Assembly (NCBI GenBank): GCA_963745035.1
Contig: CAVUVW010000013.1
Location: 1,856,001 to 1,920,000 of the forward strand
Direction: 5' to 3'
Source: an uncultured delta proteobacterium
GTDB taxonomy: Bacteria > Desulfobacterota > Binatia > UBA9968
Length of the DNA stretch: 64,000 nt
Below, piece by piece: positions 10,747 through 20,597 of the stretch (positions within the stretch are counted from its first letter, which is position 1; every line of letters starts with the position of its first letter). The notes under the pieces were generated by a model. The model was given only the letters and a program-made list of their open reading frames with translations, made no database searches and was not told the origin of the DNA. The translations under genes and the position numbers were made by a program.

Positions 10747-11702
10747 ACAGAAAATTGCTCCGCCAAAACTTCTTTCTTCCGGCCGTGCTCCGATGGCGCC
10801 GAGAAGCGATACGCTCTTAAAGTCAGCGCCACACTCGCCGCCAGCATCAATGCCCCAACGGCAAGATGGAGCGTCGTTATGAACACGATGGCATCGAAAG
10901 AGATCGGCCACAAGGTGGTAAACTTAGCCGCGTACGATGCGCCGCCCAAGGCGATTTGAACGAGCAAAAGAATCACTAGGGCGAGCGCCGGCCTATTCAA
11001 TAGGTCGATGCCCGCGTGGTGCCGCGTCACGCGCATCACGATCAGGATCACATGAATGGCGACCAGCGCCGCAAAAAGCAGATGCGCATCCAGCCTTTCT
11101 CCCGTGTGGCGCAGCACGGCGCCGAAAACGATTTGGAGATAAATGAGGACGGTAGTTATGGCGCAGAGCCGGCGCAGCCGCCCCGTGTCGTTCAGGACGG
11201 GAACCGTCGCCTGCTTCCAACTCGCCGAAGTGAAGATCGCCAGGCCGATCGTCAACGCGAAGAAAATCTGCGCGATCGCCGCGTGCACGATCGCCAGGGT
11301 GTTTTCGAGCAAGACAACGCGCAGACCGCCGAGAACGCCTTGCACAATCACCAGGATGAGAGCGCCGACGCCCAGCGAGCGCAGCCAATTGCGCTCCTCG
11401 CGCAGCCAAAACGTCAGCGCCAAGACAATGGTCAACAAGCCGACGAAGGACGCCACCAGACGATGGCTATGCTCATAGAAAATACCGCCGACCATCTTGG
11501 ACCACGGGTATAGAAACATGTTGTAGCCGAAAGTGGTCGGCCAGTCGGGAACGGCAAGCCCCACACCTTTACCGGTGACCAGACCGCCGATGAAAAGCAA
11601 CGGAAAGGTGAAGCAAGCCAGAATGACCGCAATACGGTGCGGCCAGAGTGATGATGAATGATGGGAGCCGTTGCTGGTTCCCATCACGCTGTCCGATTTC
11701 AT
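10743..11702 (-). CDS. ctaA: Heme A synthase (COX15/CtaA family)
   Basis: GGLVT..GLAVPDWP, EHSHR, QGVLGG, conserved His in later TM helices. Confidence 0.88.
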   Translation of the reverse strand: MKSDSVMGTSNGSHHSSSLWPHRIAVILACFTFPLLFIGGLVTGKGVGLAVPDWPTTFGYNMFLYPWSKMVGGIFYEHSHRLVASFVGLLTIVLALTFWLREERNWLRSLGVGALILVIVQGVLGGLRVVLLENTLAIVHAAIAQIFFALTIGLAIFTSASWKQATVPVLNDTGRLRRLCAITTVLIYLQIVFGAVLRHTGERLDAHLLFAALVAIHVILIVMRVTRHHAGIDLLNRPALALVILLLVQIALGGASYAAKFTTLWPISFDAIVFITTLHLAVGALMLAASVALTLRAYRFSAPSEHGRKKEVLAEQFSV

Positions 11703-11716
11703 CGTGGGCTTTTCCG

Positions 11717-13477
11717 CTAGTGCGCCCGCGCCGCCGCGCTGGCGCCGAGATTCTTATCCTGCGGCAGCCAATCCTCTTTTACTTCGGGAGAGCTGTATTC
11801 GTACGGGCCGCGGTAAACCACCGGCTGGACTTCGAAGTTTCCATGCGGCGGCGGGGTCGGCGCCGACCATTCGAGTGTGTTCGCCTGCCAGGGATTTTTA
11901 TCCGCCTTCTTGCCTGCGAACAGGCTCCACACGAAGTTCACCATGAAAAAAAGCTGCGCGGCGCCCAAGAGCAGGGCGCTCCAGGTGATGAACACGTTCC
12001 AATGCTGCATCGACATCAGGAACTCGTACTGCGTGGGGTTGTAAATCCGCCGCATATGGCCGCCGACGCCGAGAAAATGCATCGGAAAAAACGCGCCGTT
12101 GAAAAAGATGTAGGTCAGCACGAAATGGATTTTCGCCATGCCTTCGTTCATCGTGCGGCCGAACATTTTCGGAAACCAATAATAAACGGCGGCAAAGAGA
12201 GCAAAGATGATTCCCGCGACGACGTAATGAAAATGCGCGACGATGTAGTAGGTGTCGTGGATGAAGATATCGACCGGCGTGGAAGCCATGAAGACACCGC
12301 TCAGCCCGCCGATGACGAAATTGGAAACAAAGCCCAAGGCAAACAGCATGGGCGAAGTGAAGCGGATCGAGCCGCCCCACAGAGTGCCGAGCCAGTTGAA
12401 AGTCTTGATCGCCGACGGCACCGCTATCACCATGGTCGTCATCATGAACGCCGTCCCGAGCAGCGGATTCATGCCGCTCACGAACATATGATGGCCCCAA
12501 ACGATCCACGACAAAAACGCGATCGCGATCATCGAGAAGGCCATCGCGTGATAGCCGAAAATCGGCTTGCGCGAAAAAGTTGAAAGGATGTCGGAAGTCA
12601 CGCCCATGGCCGGCAAGACCAAGATGTAGACTTCCGGATGGCCGAAGAACCAGAACATGTGCTGCCAGAGCAGCGGCTCGCCGCCGCCCTCGGGCAGGAA
12701 GAAACTCGTTCCCGCCACGCGATCGAAAAGCAACATGGCCAACGCCGCGGTCAATACCGGCAAGGCGAGTAGCAGCAGAATCGCCGTCACAAACAGCGAC
12801 CAAACTGTGAGCGGCATGCGGAAATAAGACATGCCGGGCGCCCTCATGTTGATGATCGTCGTGATGTAGTTGATCGAGCCCATCAGCGAAGAAACACCGA
12901 GAATGAGCAGACTGATGATCCAGAGATGCTGGCCCCATTCGACGCCCGTGTACTGGCCTTTCGCCGCGAGCGTTGCATAGCTGGTCCATCCGCCTGCCGC
13001 CGGACCGCCGGGCACGAAGAAGCTCGCGAGCATCACGACCGTTGCGATCGCTCCCACCCAAAACGACAGCATGTTGAGCTTGGGAAACGCCATATCGCGT
13101 GTGCCGATCATCAGCGGAATGAGAAAATTACCGAAGGTTCCCACCATGATCGGCATGACGACGAAGAAAATCATGATCGTCGCGTGCATCGTAAAAATGG
13201 CGTTGTAGGTTTGCGGCGGAATGATGCCGCCGCCTTGCTCGCCGGGATAGATGTACGGCTCGGGGATGATGTTGAGCCCGGGCACGGGAGTTTCCGGCCA
13301 CGCCAATTGCCAGCGCACGAGCATGGCCAGCAAGCCGCCGACGATGATCATGAGCAGTCCCATGAAGAGAAACTGCCGGCCGATCATCTTGTGATCGAGG
13401 GAAAAAATATACGTTCTGATAAACCCTAGCTCTTCATGGTGCTCATGCGACGCGTGCGCCGCCGCTGTCTCGCTCAT
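11717..13477 (-). CDS. ctaD: Cytochrome c oxidase subunit I, A1 type
   Basis: DHKMIG, TMHAT, FGHPEVY (A1 signature), WGHHM, HDTYYIVAHFHY, MRR; start at MSETAAAH. Confidence 0.97.
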   Translation of the reverse strand: MSETAAAHASHEHHEELGFIRTYIFSLDHKMIGRQFLFMGLLMIIVGGLLAMLVRWQLAWPETPVPGLNIIPEPYIYPGEQGGGIIPPQTYNAIFTMHATIMIFFVVMPIMVGTFGNFLIPLMIGTRDMAFPKLNMLSFWVGAIATVVMLASFFVPGGPAAGGWTSYATLAAKGQYTGVEWGQHLWIISLLILGVSSLMGSINYITTIINMRAPGMSYFRMPLTVWSLFVTAILLLLALPVLTAALAMLLFDRVAGTSFFLPEGGGEPLLWQHMFWFFGHPEVYILVLPAMGVTSDILSTFSRKPIFGYHAMAFSMIAIAFLSWIVWGHHMFVSGMNPLLGTAFMMTTMVIAVPSAIKTFNWLGTLWGGSIRFTSPMLFALGFVSNFVIGGLSGVFMASTPVDIFIHDTYYIVAHFHYVVAGIIFALFAAVYYWFPKMFGRTMNEGMAKIHFVLTYIFFNGAFFPMHFLGVGGHMRRIYNPTQYEFLMSMQHWNVFITWSALLLGAAQLFFMVNFVWSLFAGKKADKNPWQANTLEWSAPTPPPHGNFEVQPVVYRGPYEYSSPEVKEDWLPQDKNLGASAAARAH

Positions 13478-13526
13478 CGCTAAAAATCCTCCGTTAATGC
13501 CTTCGACTGAATTGCAAGGAAAGAAC

Positions 13527-14192
13527 TTACTGCGCCTTCGCCGCGAGGTGTTCATCCGCCCATTTCTTGTAGTCCTCGGGTGAATGAACAATGAGCCAAC
13601 CCTTCATGCCGGAGTGGCCAAAGCCGCAAAGCTCGGCGCAAGGGAGCTCGTATTTCCCCGGCTTGGTCGCTTCGAACCAACCAACAATCTCTCTGCCCGG
13701 CACAATGTCCTGCTTAAAGCGCAGATTGGGAATGAAGAAGCTGTGGATGACATCCGTTGCGGTCATCACCAGGCGAACCGGCTTGTTGGCCGGAACGTGC
13801 AAGTCGTTGTCGAATTTGACGTCGTCGTCGGTCCCGAGTTTTTTATCCGCGCCCGGATAATTCACTTCCCAGTTAAATTGCTTGGCGACGATGCGCAGCT
13901 CGAAATCCGTATCCGGCACATGGCGCTTTATTTTTGCCCAACTCGAAGCGCTCATGAACGCGAGCACGATCAAGATGACGGCGGGAATGATCGTCCAGAT
14001 GATCTCCAGGGTGGTGTTGCCATGACTGTACGTCGCGCGCCGCCCCGGCTGCTCGCGATACTTGATCAAAAAAATCACCATCACTGCCGTGACCAGGATA
14101 AAAGTTGCCCCCGTGATGTAGTAAATGAGATAAAATAAGGAATCGATCTCATGACCATAGGTTGATACGTCTTCTGGCAACCAGCTCAGCAT
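13527..14192 (-). CDS. ctaC: Cytochrome c oxidase subunit II (CuA, no fused cytochrome c)
   Basis: LEIIWTIIP, DVIHSF, CAELCGFGHSGM CuA motif; no CxxCH. Confidence 0.95.
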   Translation of the reverse strand: MLSWLPEDVSTYGHEIDSLFYLIYYITGATFILVTAVMVIFLIKYREQPGRRATYSHGNTTLEIIWTIIPAVILIVLAFMSASSWAKIKRHVPDTDFELRIVAKQFNWEVNYPGADKKLGTDDDVKFDNDLHVPANKPVRLVMTATDVIHSFFIPNLRFKQDIVPGREIVGWFEATKPGKYELPCAELCGFGHSGMKGWLIVHSPEDYKKWADEHLAAKAQ

Positions 14193-14244
14193 CTAGCGAT
14201 CCATCCTTGTGGAAATGGAATATTAAAAGGAGAAAACCAGCCCT

Positions 14245-14273
14245 TTGCTAACATAGGCCCCAGGTCAATTCAA
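14245..14273 (-). promoter_or_regulatory. Putative sigma70-type promoter of the oxidase operon
   Basis: TTGAAT-N17-TAGCAA preceded by CTATGT; same CTATGTTA core found before rpsF and ispE. Confidence 0.4.
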
Positions 14274-14348
14274 GAGTAATGCTCTTGATTTGCAAAGACT
14301 TTCTGCGAGTGGTACGAGGGGAAAAACGCGCGCAGAAATTTTCACAAC

Positions 14349-14846
14349 GTGACCGCCTGGAACTCTCTCAGTTTGCTGATTCATCTCGGCGCCCTGGCTC
14401 TATGGCTCGGCGGCATCGTGTTTTTTTTGGTCGTCTTGGGACCCGCGGTGCGCGAGTTGGAACCTGCGATCGCCGTGAGAACGCTCAATCAAGGGAGGCT
14501 CGGGCTGGAAACCGCGTCGTGGATCGCCATCGGGCTGCTGCTGATGACCGGCATCTTCAATCTGTTCGCGCGCCTGCCGGGAAAAGAAACGGCGCTCGCC
14601 GAGTCGTATGGCATCCTTTTGGGCATCAAGCTGTTCGTCTTCGGCGCCATGGTCGCGCATCACTGCTTGCAAGTCTTCAAGTACGCGCCCGCGATCGCCA
14701 AGCTCAGTGCGGCGCTGCCGCCGGCCATGCCGTCCTGGCCCGAGCCGCTGCTTTCTCATTGGCGCCGCTGGTTTCTCTTATTGAAAATCAATTCGGCGCT
14801 GGGCCCGATCGCGGTGTTATTGGGCCTCGCGCTGGCTCAAAGTTAA
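14349..14846 (+). CDS. CopD/DUF4149-like membrane protein
   Basis: IHLGALALWLGG, LLMTG..N, YG..L.IK pattern, 4 TM segments. Confidence 0.65.
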   Translation: MTAWNSLSLLIHLGALALWLGGIVFFLVVLGPAVRELEPAIAVRTLNQGRLGLETASWIAIGLLLMTGIFNLFARLPGKETALAESYGILLGIKLFVFGAMVAHHCLQVFKYAPAIAKLSAALPPAMPSWPEPLLSHWRRWFLLLKINSALGPIAVLLGLALAQS

Positions 14847-14885
14847 GTTGCCGGCTCATCAGGATCGCGCCGCTGCCATCTGCTT

Positions 14886-16073
14886 ATGAACTCGAGCAGC
14901 CGCTGGAGCAATCGGATCAAGGCGATCGTCTTCGGGATTGGCATCGCGCTGGCGCTTCAAACCGGCGGCAACTGGTTTCGAATTTTGACGGATCGAGTAC
15001 CGGAGTGCGGCCAACCCAATTGTGTCGCCGACTTCGTCACTTTCTACGCCCAAGCGAAGCTTTTCTGGCAAGAGCCGCGGTCCCTTTACGATCTCGACCG
15101 CCAGCTTGCTTATCAAAAAACCGTCGCTCCGACCGAGCGGGTGCTGCCGTTTGTCTATCCGCCGATCACGGCCGCGCTGATGGCTCCGCTGGCACTGCTG
15201 TCGTTCCCCGCCGCGTTCTTGTTGGTGACCATTTTAAATTTACTGCTCATCCTCGCGAGTCTCCGGCTGTTGACGAGTCGCTTATCGCTCACTGCGGATC
15301 AATCCCACTGGCTGCTGCTGTTCGCGCTGTGCAATTTCGGCGCGCAGGCAGTGGTCTTCTACGGACAAACCTCGGCGATTATCCTTTATTGCCTGACCCG
15401 CCACGTATTGGCCGAGAGACGATCACAGGACGCTGAGGCGGGCTTTTGGGCGGGGCTGCTTTCGGTAAAGCCGCAGTATTTGCCGATCCCGCATTTGGTT
15501 CTTCTTCTAACGGGCAAATGGCGGGGATTTCTGATCGGCGCGGCGATCAGCGGAACGCTGATCGCCGGCGCATTCCTGCTTGTCGGCATCGAAACATCGA
15601 AACAATACTTCGATCTTGCCCGGCGCATGGTCGCCGCCGATGACGAGTGGTGGAATCAATGGCGCAGCATGCACAACTTGCGCGCGCTGACGATCTATTG
15701 GCTGCCGGCGCCTTGGCAGCCGTATCTTTGGTGGGTCGGCGTCGCGCTCGTGCTTGCGGTGCTGATCACCTGGAATCTAGGCCGCGAAAAAAGCTCAGCC
15801 GGCTTCGCGGTGGCGTGGATCATTAACCTGCTCGGCGTGTTGATCGTCATCCCCCATCTTTTCACGCATGATCTCAGTCTATTGATCCTGCCCTGCGCGC
15901 TGTTCATCAGCCTGTTTCGGCAGCGGCTGCCGCTCGCCGTGGCCGTCGGCTTGATGATCGTGGCCGCTTTGCCCGCGGTGAACTACGCGGCGCCGACGAG
16001 CACGGCCATCACGCTGCTCATTCTCTTTGTAGTGAGCGTGGCGCTCGGCGCCTCGCGACTAACGCGGTCGTGA
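14886..16073 (+). CDS. Glycosyltransferase family 87 (DUF2029-like) membrane protein
   Basis: DF..FY, PFVYPP, GQ, LL.VKPQY, P.L..HD motifs. Confidence 0.8.
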   Translation: MNSSSRWSNRIKAIVFGIGIALALQTGGNWFRILTDRVPECGQPNCVADFVTFYAQAKLFWQEPRSLYDLDRQLAYQKTVAPTERVLPFVYPPITAALMAPLALLSFPAAFLLVTILNLLLILASLRLLTSRLSLTADQSHWLLLFALCNFGAQAVVFYGQTSAIILYCLTRHVLAERRSQDAEAGFWAGLLSVKPQYLPIPHLVLLLTGKWRGFLIGAAISGTLIAGAFLLVGIETSKQYFDLARRMVAADDEWWNQWRSMHNLRALTIYWLPAPWQPYLWWVGVALVLAVLITWNLGREKSSAGFAVAWIINLLGVLIVIPHLFTHDLSLLILPCALFISLFRQRLPLAVAVGLMIVAALPAVNYAAPTSTAITLLILFVVSVALGASRLTRS

Positions 16074-16166
16074 ATGCCGCGCTAGTTTTTCGGATACAAT
16101 TCCCATCGGTGTTCGAGCAGAAACGGGTGATGTCGATCGGTTGCCCATGACATGCCTCCGCATTTT

Positions 16167-16288
16167 GTAGTGGTTCAGTTGAAGAAAGATCTCTCACTTC
16201 GTCGACGCGACACAGCCGCTATTTCTTCTCATTCCGAGCGAATGTTTCCAATGCGCGGATTCGAAACGAACTCAAACTGAACCACTAC
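16167..16288. mobile_element. MITE-like element with 14-bp terminal inverted repeats
   Basis: gtagtggttcagtt (16167-16180) and its exact reverse complement aactgaaccactac (16275-16288); non-coding interior. Confidence 0.6.
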
Positions 16289-16350
16289 CCGCAATCTTGA
16301 TTCAACGACTGTTCGGCAGTATAGGGGTAAGCGAGAACGGAGGTCGATCA

Positions 16351-17364
16351 ATGAATTTGCTTCCCGTCGCACAAGTCGCACGAATGAAAACTATTCGTTT
16401 TGTCCTGACTTGGTTCGCTGCGCTCCTGGCTTTGCAAGCCGTTCCCGCGTCAGCGGCCAACATCAATGTCGTTTGGACCAGCGAAGTCGGTCAATTCGCG
16501 CCGTTGTGGGTGACCAAGGAAGGCAAGCTTTTTGAGAAATACGGCAACAACGTTGAGTTGATTTTTATTCAAGGCGCAAGTTTAGCCGCTGCGGCTTTGA
16601 CATCGGGCGACGCTCAAGTCGGCATGTTCTCGCCCCAGGTGGTGATTACAAACCCGGGGTTGGAGTTGGTCATGTTCGGTCGCCTGGGCAACACCATGGA
16701 CAATCGAGTGTATGGAAAGAAGGGCATCAAGAGCATCAAAGAAGTAAAGCGGATTGCCATCAGCCGCTTTGGCAGCAACGCCGATTTCGCTGCTCGCTTC
16801 CTGCTCCAGCGCGAGGGACTCCGGCCCGAGACCGATGTCGCCTTGCTCCAATTCGGCAATCAATCGAACCGCATCGCCGCCGTCGAGACCAATAACGCCG
16901 ACGCCGCCATGCTCACGCCGCCGATGACGTTACAAGCGCGCAAACTGGGCATGACATTGCTGCTCGATGCTTCAAAACTGAATATTCCCTATTCCAGCCT
17001 GTTTTTCGTGTCGCGCCGGCCCTATTTGACGAAGACTCGGGCGGAGCTGGTCAATTTCACCAAGGCGATGATCGAAGGGGTGGCCCTTTACAAGTCCAAT
17101 AAAGAATTCGCGCTGAAGGTTTTGGCGAAGTACATGAAAGTGCAAGACCGCGAGATACTCGAAGAGAACTTCCGCGAATATGATTTTCCGCTGAAGCCCT
17201 ATCCGTCGCGTGAGTATTTCGAACTTCCGATTCAAGAAGTCGGCAAGAGAGATCCCAAGGTCTTGAAAGAAAACCCGGACCGCTACACCGATATGTCGCT
17301 CATCAAGGAACTGGAGAGCACCGGTTTCATCGACAAAGTTTCGCAAGAATACAAAGTAAAGTGA
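16351..17364 (+). CDS. NMT1/THI5-like ABC substrate-binding protein
   Basis: Signal peptide (..VPASA), P.WV..E..LF.KYG, ISRFGS..D, PP motif; start could also be 16384. Confidence 0.85.
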   Translation: MNLLPVAQVARMKTIRFVLTWFAALLALQAVPASAANINVVWTSEVGQFAPLWVTKEGKLFEKYGNNVELIFIQGASLAAAALTSGDAQVGMFSPQVVITNPGLELVMFGRLGNTMDNRVYGKKGIKSIKEVKRIAISRFGSNADFAARFLLQREGLRPETDVALLQFGNQSNRIAAVETNNADAAMLTPPMTLQARKLGMTLLLDASKLNIPYSSLFFVSRRPYLTKTRAELVNFTKAMIEGVALYKSNKEFALKVLAKYMKVQDREILEENFREYDFPLKPYPSREYFELPIQEVGKRDPKVLKENPDRYTDMSLIKELESTGFIDKVSQEYKVK

Positions 17365-17390
17365 GGGAACGTCTGATTGTCGAGGTTCCC

Positions 17391-17414
17391 TCATCCTGAA
17401 CGAAGTGAAGGATT
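17391..17414. repeat. Half REP-like palindrome TCATCCTGAACGAAGTGAAGGAT
   Basis: ATCCT...AGGAT hairpin; related to the TCATTCCGAGCGAA and AGATCTCTCACTTCGT pieces inside the 16167 element. Confidence 0.4.
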
Positions 17415-17447
17415 TCAATAACTGAACGACCCTAGGGAGGACAAACC

Positions 17448-18542
17448 ATGGCAAGCGTACGAGGAGCGACGTTACTGGGACCCGACAAATTGGAGATCCG
17501 CGAGTATCCGCTGCCGGAGATTCCACCTGACGGGGGCCTAGTCAAAATCGAGATGGGCGGCGTGTGCGGCACGGACGTAAAATATCTCCACGGCAAGCTT
17601 AAAATCGATTATCCGATCATCCTCGGCCATGAGATTCTCGGCCGCGTGGAAAAACTCGGCAAGAACGCCGCCGCGATTCACCATGTCAAAGAAGGCGATC
17701 GCGTCATTCTCAAGGGCGCGCTCGGCTGCGGCCGTTGTGCCGATTGCCGGCGTAACAACCAGCGCTTCTGCCGCCAGCGCACCAATTACGGCGGGCGGAC
17801 AAAATGCGACAAACCGCCGCACCTCTTTGGCGGCTTCGCCGACTACCTCTACTTGGCGCCCGACGTCCTCGCTACCAAAGTCAGCGATGCACTTCCCGCT
17901 GAGGCCGCCGCGCTGATCGGCTCGGTCATGGCCAACGGTTTTCAGTGGGCGATTCGCCGCGGCGGCGTCAAAATGGGCGATTACGTTTTGATCCAGGGCC
18001 CCGGCCAGCAAGGGCTCTCCTGCACGTTCGCATCGAAGCACGCAGGCGCTGCAAAAATCTTCGTCACCGGCATCGGCCGCGACAAACCGCGTCTGGAGCT
18101 GGCAAAAAAATTCGGCGCCACGCGCACGATCAACGTCGAGGAAGAAGATGTGGTCGAGGTGATCCGCAAAGAAACCAACGGCGAGATGTGCGACGTGGTG
18201 GTCGACGTTTCAGGCAACCCCAACTCCATTCTCAAATCCGTCGACTGCGTGCACCGCCAGTCGACCATGGTGCTCGGCGGGCTCACCGGTGACAGCACGG
18301 TGACACCTATGCTGATGGACAAGCTCGTGTGGAACGAGATCAAGCTCCAGGGCTGCTTCACCGCCGACAACGACGCTACGGAGGCGGCGCTGCGTATCAT
18401 CGAGGAAACCAAATTTCCGGTGCAGCAAATGGTCAGCCACGTCTTTCCGTTGAAAGAGATCGAACACTGCATCCGCGCCATCGGCGGCGAAGTGCCCGGT
18501 ACTTTTCCGACCAAGGCATTGATCAATCCCGCGATGGGGTAA
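17448..18542 (+). CDS. Zinc-dependent alcohol dehydrogenase (MDR family)
   Basis: CGTD, GHE, CGRCADC..C structural Zn site, GPGQQG. Confidence 0.9.
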   Translation: MASVRGATLLGPDKLEIREYPLPEIPPDGGLVKIEMGGVCGTDVKYLHGKLKIDYPIILGHEILGRVEKLGKNAAAIHHVKEGDRVILKGALGCGRCADCRRNNQRFCRQRTNYGGRTKCDKPPHLFGGFADYLYLAPDVLATKVSDALPAEAAALIGSVMANGFQWAIRRGGVKMGDYVLIQGPGQQGLSCTFASKHAGAAKIFVTGIGRDKPRLELAKKFGATRTINVEEEDVVEVIRKETNGEMCDVVVDVSGNPNSILKSVDCVHRQSTMVLGGLTGDSTVTPMLMDKLVWNEIKLQGCFTADNDATEAALRIIEETKFPVQQMVSHVFPLKEIEHCIRAIGGEVPGTFPTKALINPAMG

Positions 18543-18549
18543 CACCACC

Positions 18550-18630
18550 TGGAGTGATGGAGTACTGGAGAGATGGAGTGATGGGTGGAGGAGACCCAAT
18601 ACTCCAACACTCCGCTACTCCAATACTCCA
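18550..18630. repeat. Tandem-inverted 8-mer repeat (TGGAGTnn)4 / (nnACTCCA)4
   Basis: tggagtga tggagtac tggagaga tggagtga tgggt ... accca atactcca acactccg ctactcca atactcca. Confidence 0.88.
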
Positions 18631-18644
18631 CGGTAACTATTCGG

Positions 18645-19415
18645 ATGATCGAAGGGCTCAAAGACAAAGTCATCATCATCACCGGCGGCGCGCACGGCAT
18701 CGGCAAGGCCTACGCGCTGGCGTTCGGCAAAGCGCACGCGCGAGTCGTCATCGCCGACATCGATAAACCGGCGGCCGATCTCGCCACAGCGGAGATAGTG
18801 AAAGAGTTTTCGGCGCCTGTCCTCGCGCTGCAAACCGATGTCTCGAACGAAGCTTCGACCAAGGAAATGGCGGCCCGCGCGCTCGAGCGCTTCGGCCGCA
18901 TCGACGTGTTGATCAACAATGCCGCGGTCTTCTCTGTCGTGCCGATGAACCGCGGACGAATCGAAACCATCGATCCTGAAGAATGGGACCGGTTGATGGC
19001 GGTCAATCTACGCGGCCTGTTTTTCTGCTGCCGTGCCGTCCTACCAACGATGCGCCAACAGAAATCCGGCAAAATCATCACCATCGCGTCGGGGACCGTC
19101 TTCGCCGGCGCGGCGGGTAGAATTCACTATGTGACTTCGAAAGCCGCCACTATCGGCTTCACCCGCACCTTGGCGCGGGAGGTCGGCGACGACAAGATCA
19201 CCGTCAATTGTCTGGCGCCCGGCAACACGCTCTCGGAGGAAAATCCCACCGATCAGATGATCAAGTTCCGCGAGTCATCCGTCGGTCTGCGCGCGCTGAA
19301 ACGACTTCAGATGCCCAACGACGTGGTCGGCGCGATGTTGTTTCTCGCCTCGCCATTGAGCGATTTCATTACCGGCCAGACGATCAACGTCGACGGCGGA
19401 ATATCGTTTTTGTGA
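18645..19415 (+). CDS. Short-chain dehydrogenase/reductase
   Basis: TGGAHGIG, NNAA, YVTSK, GQTINVDGG; start at MIEGLKDK. Confidence 0.92.
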   Translation: MIEGLKDKVIIITGGAHGIGKAYALAFGKAHARVVIADIDKPAADLATAEIVKEFSAPVLALQTDVSNEASTKEMAARALERFGRIDVLINNAAVFSVVPMNRGRIETIDPEEWDRLMAVNLRGLFFCCRAVLPTMRQQKSGKIITIASGTVFAGAAGRIHYVTSKAATIGFTRTLAREVGDDKITVNCLAPGNTLSEENPTDQMIKFRESSVGLRALKRLQMPNDVVGAMLFLASPLSDFITGQTINVDGGISFL

Positions 19416-19435
19416 AATTTGAACGGAGATAAATC

Positions 19436-20476
19436 ATGAATCCGAGCTACCCGATCATCGATGCCGATGGCCACGTGCTGGAAAAAGACCGAGAGCTGCA
19501 CGACTATCTCGGCGGCCGATATTCGAGCGCGCCGCGCTTCGAGACCTATTCTTATTTTCCCTCCCTCGATGGCTGGAACCGTGGCACTGGTGTGCCGGGA
19601 AAAGATCCGGAAACCCCGGCGCCGCGCTGGCTGCAGTTTCTCGACGAGCTCGGCGTTCACACGACAGTGCTTTACCCGACTGGCGGGCTAGGGCTCGGCC
19701 TGGTGCAGAATCCGGAATGGGCATGCGTGCTGGCGCGCGCATACAACTCGTGGCTCGCGGAGCGTTTCTGCCAGGTGAGCCCGCGCCTGAAGGGCGTCGC
19801 GCTGCTGCCGGTGCACGAACCCGTCGAAGCCGCCAAGGAACTCGAACGCGCGAAATCGCTCGGTCTGGTCGCCGGCCTGCTGCCTGCGGTCACATCATTG
19901 CACAAGGGTTATGGCCATGGCGATTTCGATCCGATCTATGAGGCGGCCGAGCGCCTCGACATGCCGCTCACGATCCACGGTGCGCCGAGCCGCGGCATGG
20001 GGTTCGACTTCTTCAACAAATTTCTGCACGTGCATACCCTCGAACATCCGTTCGCGATCTTGATTCAGTTCACCCACATGATCTTCGAGGGCGTGTTCGT
20101 GCGCTTTCCGAAGCTCCGCTGCGCCTTTCTCGAAGCCGGCTGCGGCTGGTTGCCGTATATGATGGATCGCATGGACGAAGAGATGGAAAAGCCGTATCGC
20201 GTTCAGGCGCCGCTGCTCAAAAAGAAACCGAGCGAGCTCATTCGCAATGGCCAGATCTGGACGACCTGCGAAGTAGAAGAGAAAGCCCTGCCCCACGTGT
20301 TGCAGCAATTCAATCCGCAATGCCTCATGTGGCCGTCGGACTATCCGCACGAAAGGCTGCCCGACATGTTCAGCCACGACCTGCCGGAATTCTTCGGCCG
20401 CACAGACATCGACGACGACACGCGGAAGGCGATCCTGCACGACAATCCGGTGAATTTTTACCGTTTGAAGGTGTGA
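19436..20476 (+). CDS. Amidohydrolase_2 family metallo-hydrolase/decarboxylase
   Basis: IDADGH, ARAYN.W, IHG, FLEAG.GW, SDYPH. Confidence 0.9.
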   Translation: MNPSYPIIDADGHVLEKDRELHDYLGGRYSSAPRFETYSYFPSLDGWNRGTGVPGKDPETPAPRWLQFLDELGVHTTVLYPTGGLGLGLVQNPEWACVLARAYNSWLAERFCQVSPRLKGVALLPVHEPVEAAKELERAKSLGLVAGLLPAVTSLHKGYGHGDFDPIYEAAERLDMPLTIHGAPSRGMGFDFFNKFLHVHTLEHPFAILIQFTHMIFEGVFVRFPKLRCAFLEAGCGWLPYMMDRMDEEMEKPYRVQAPLLKKKPSELIRNGQIWTTCEVEEKALPHVLQQFNPQCLMWPSDYPHERLPDMFSHDLPEFFGRTDIDDDTRKAILHDNPVNFYRLKV

Positions 20477-20487
20477 GGAAAAGGATG

Positions 20488-20566
20488 TCTCCCGCAAACG
20501 CGCGAAGACGTCAAGTTCGGAATCATCGTATTTCTTTCTTTGCGCCCTTCGCGTCTTGGCGGGAGA
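20488..20566. repeat. Inverted repeat built from ~9-nt CGCnAAG units
   Basis: tctcccgc-aaacgcgcgaagacgtcaag ... ctttgcgcccttcgcgtcttg-gcgggaga. Confidence 0.65.
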
Positions 20567-20597
20567 TTTCTTCTTGGATATTTAACGGAGGCACACC

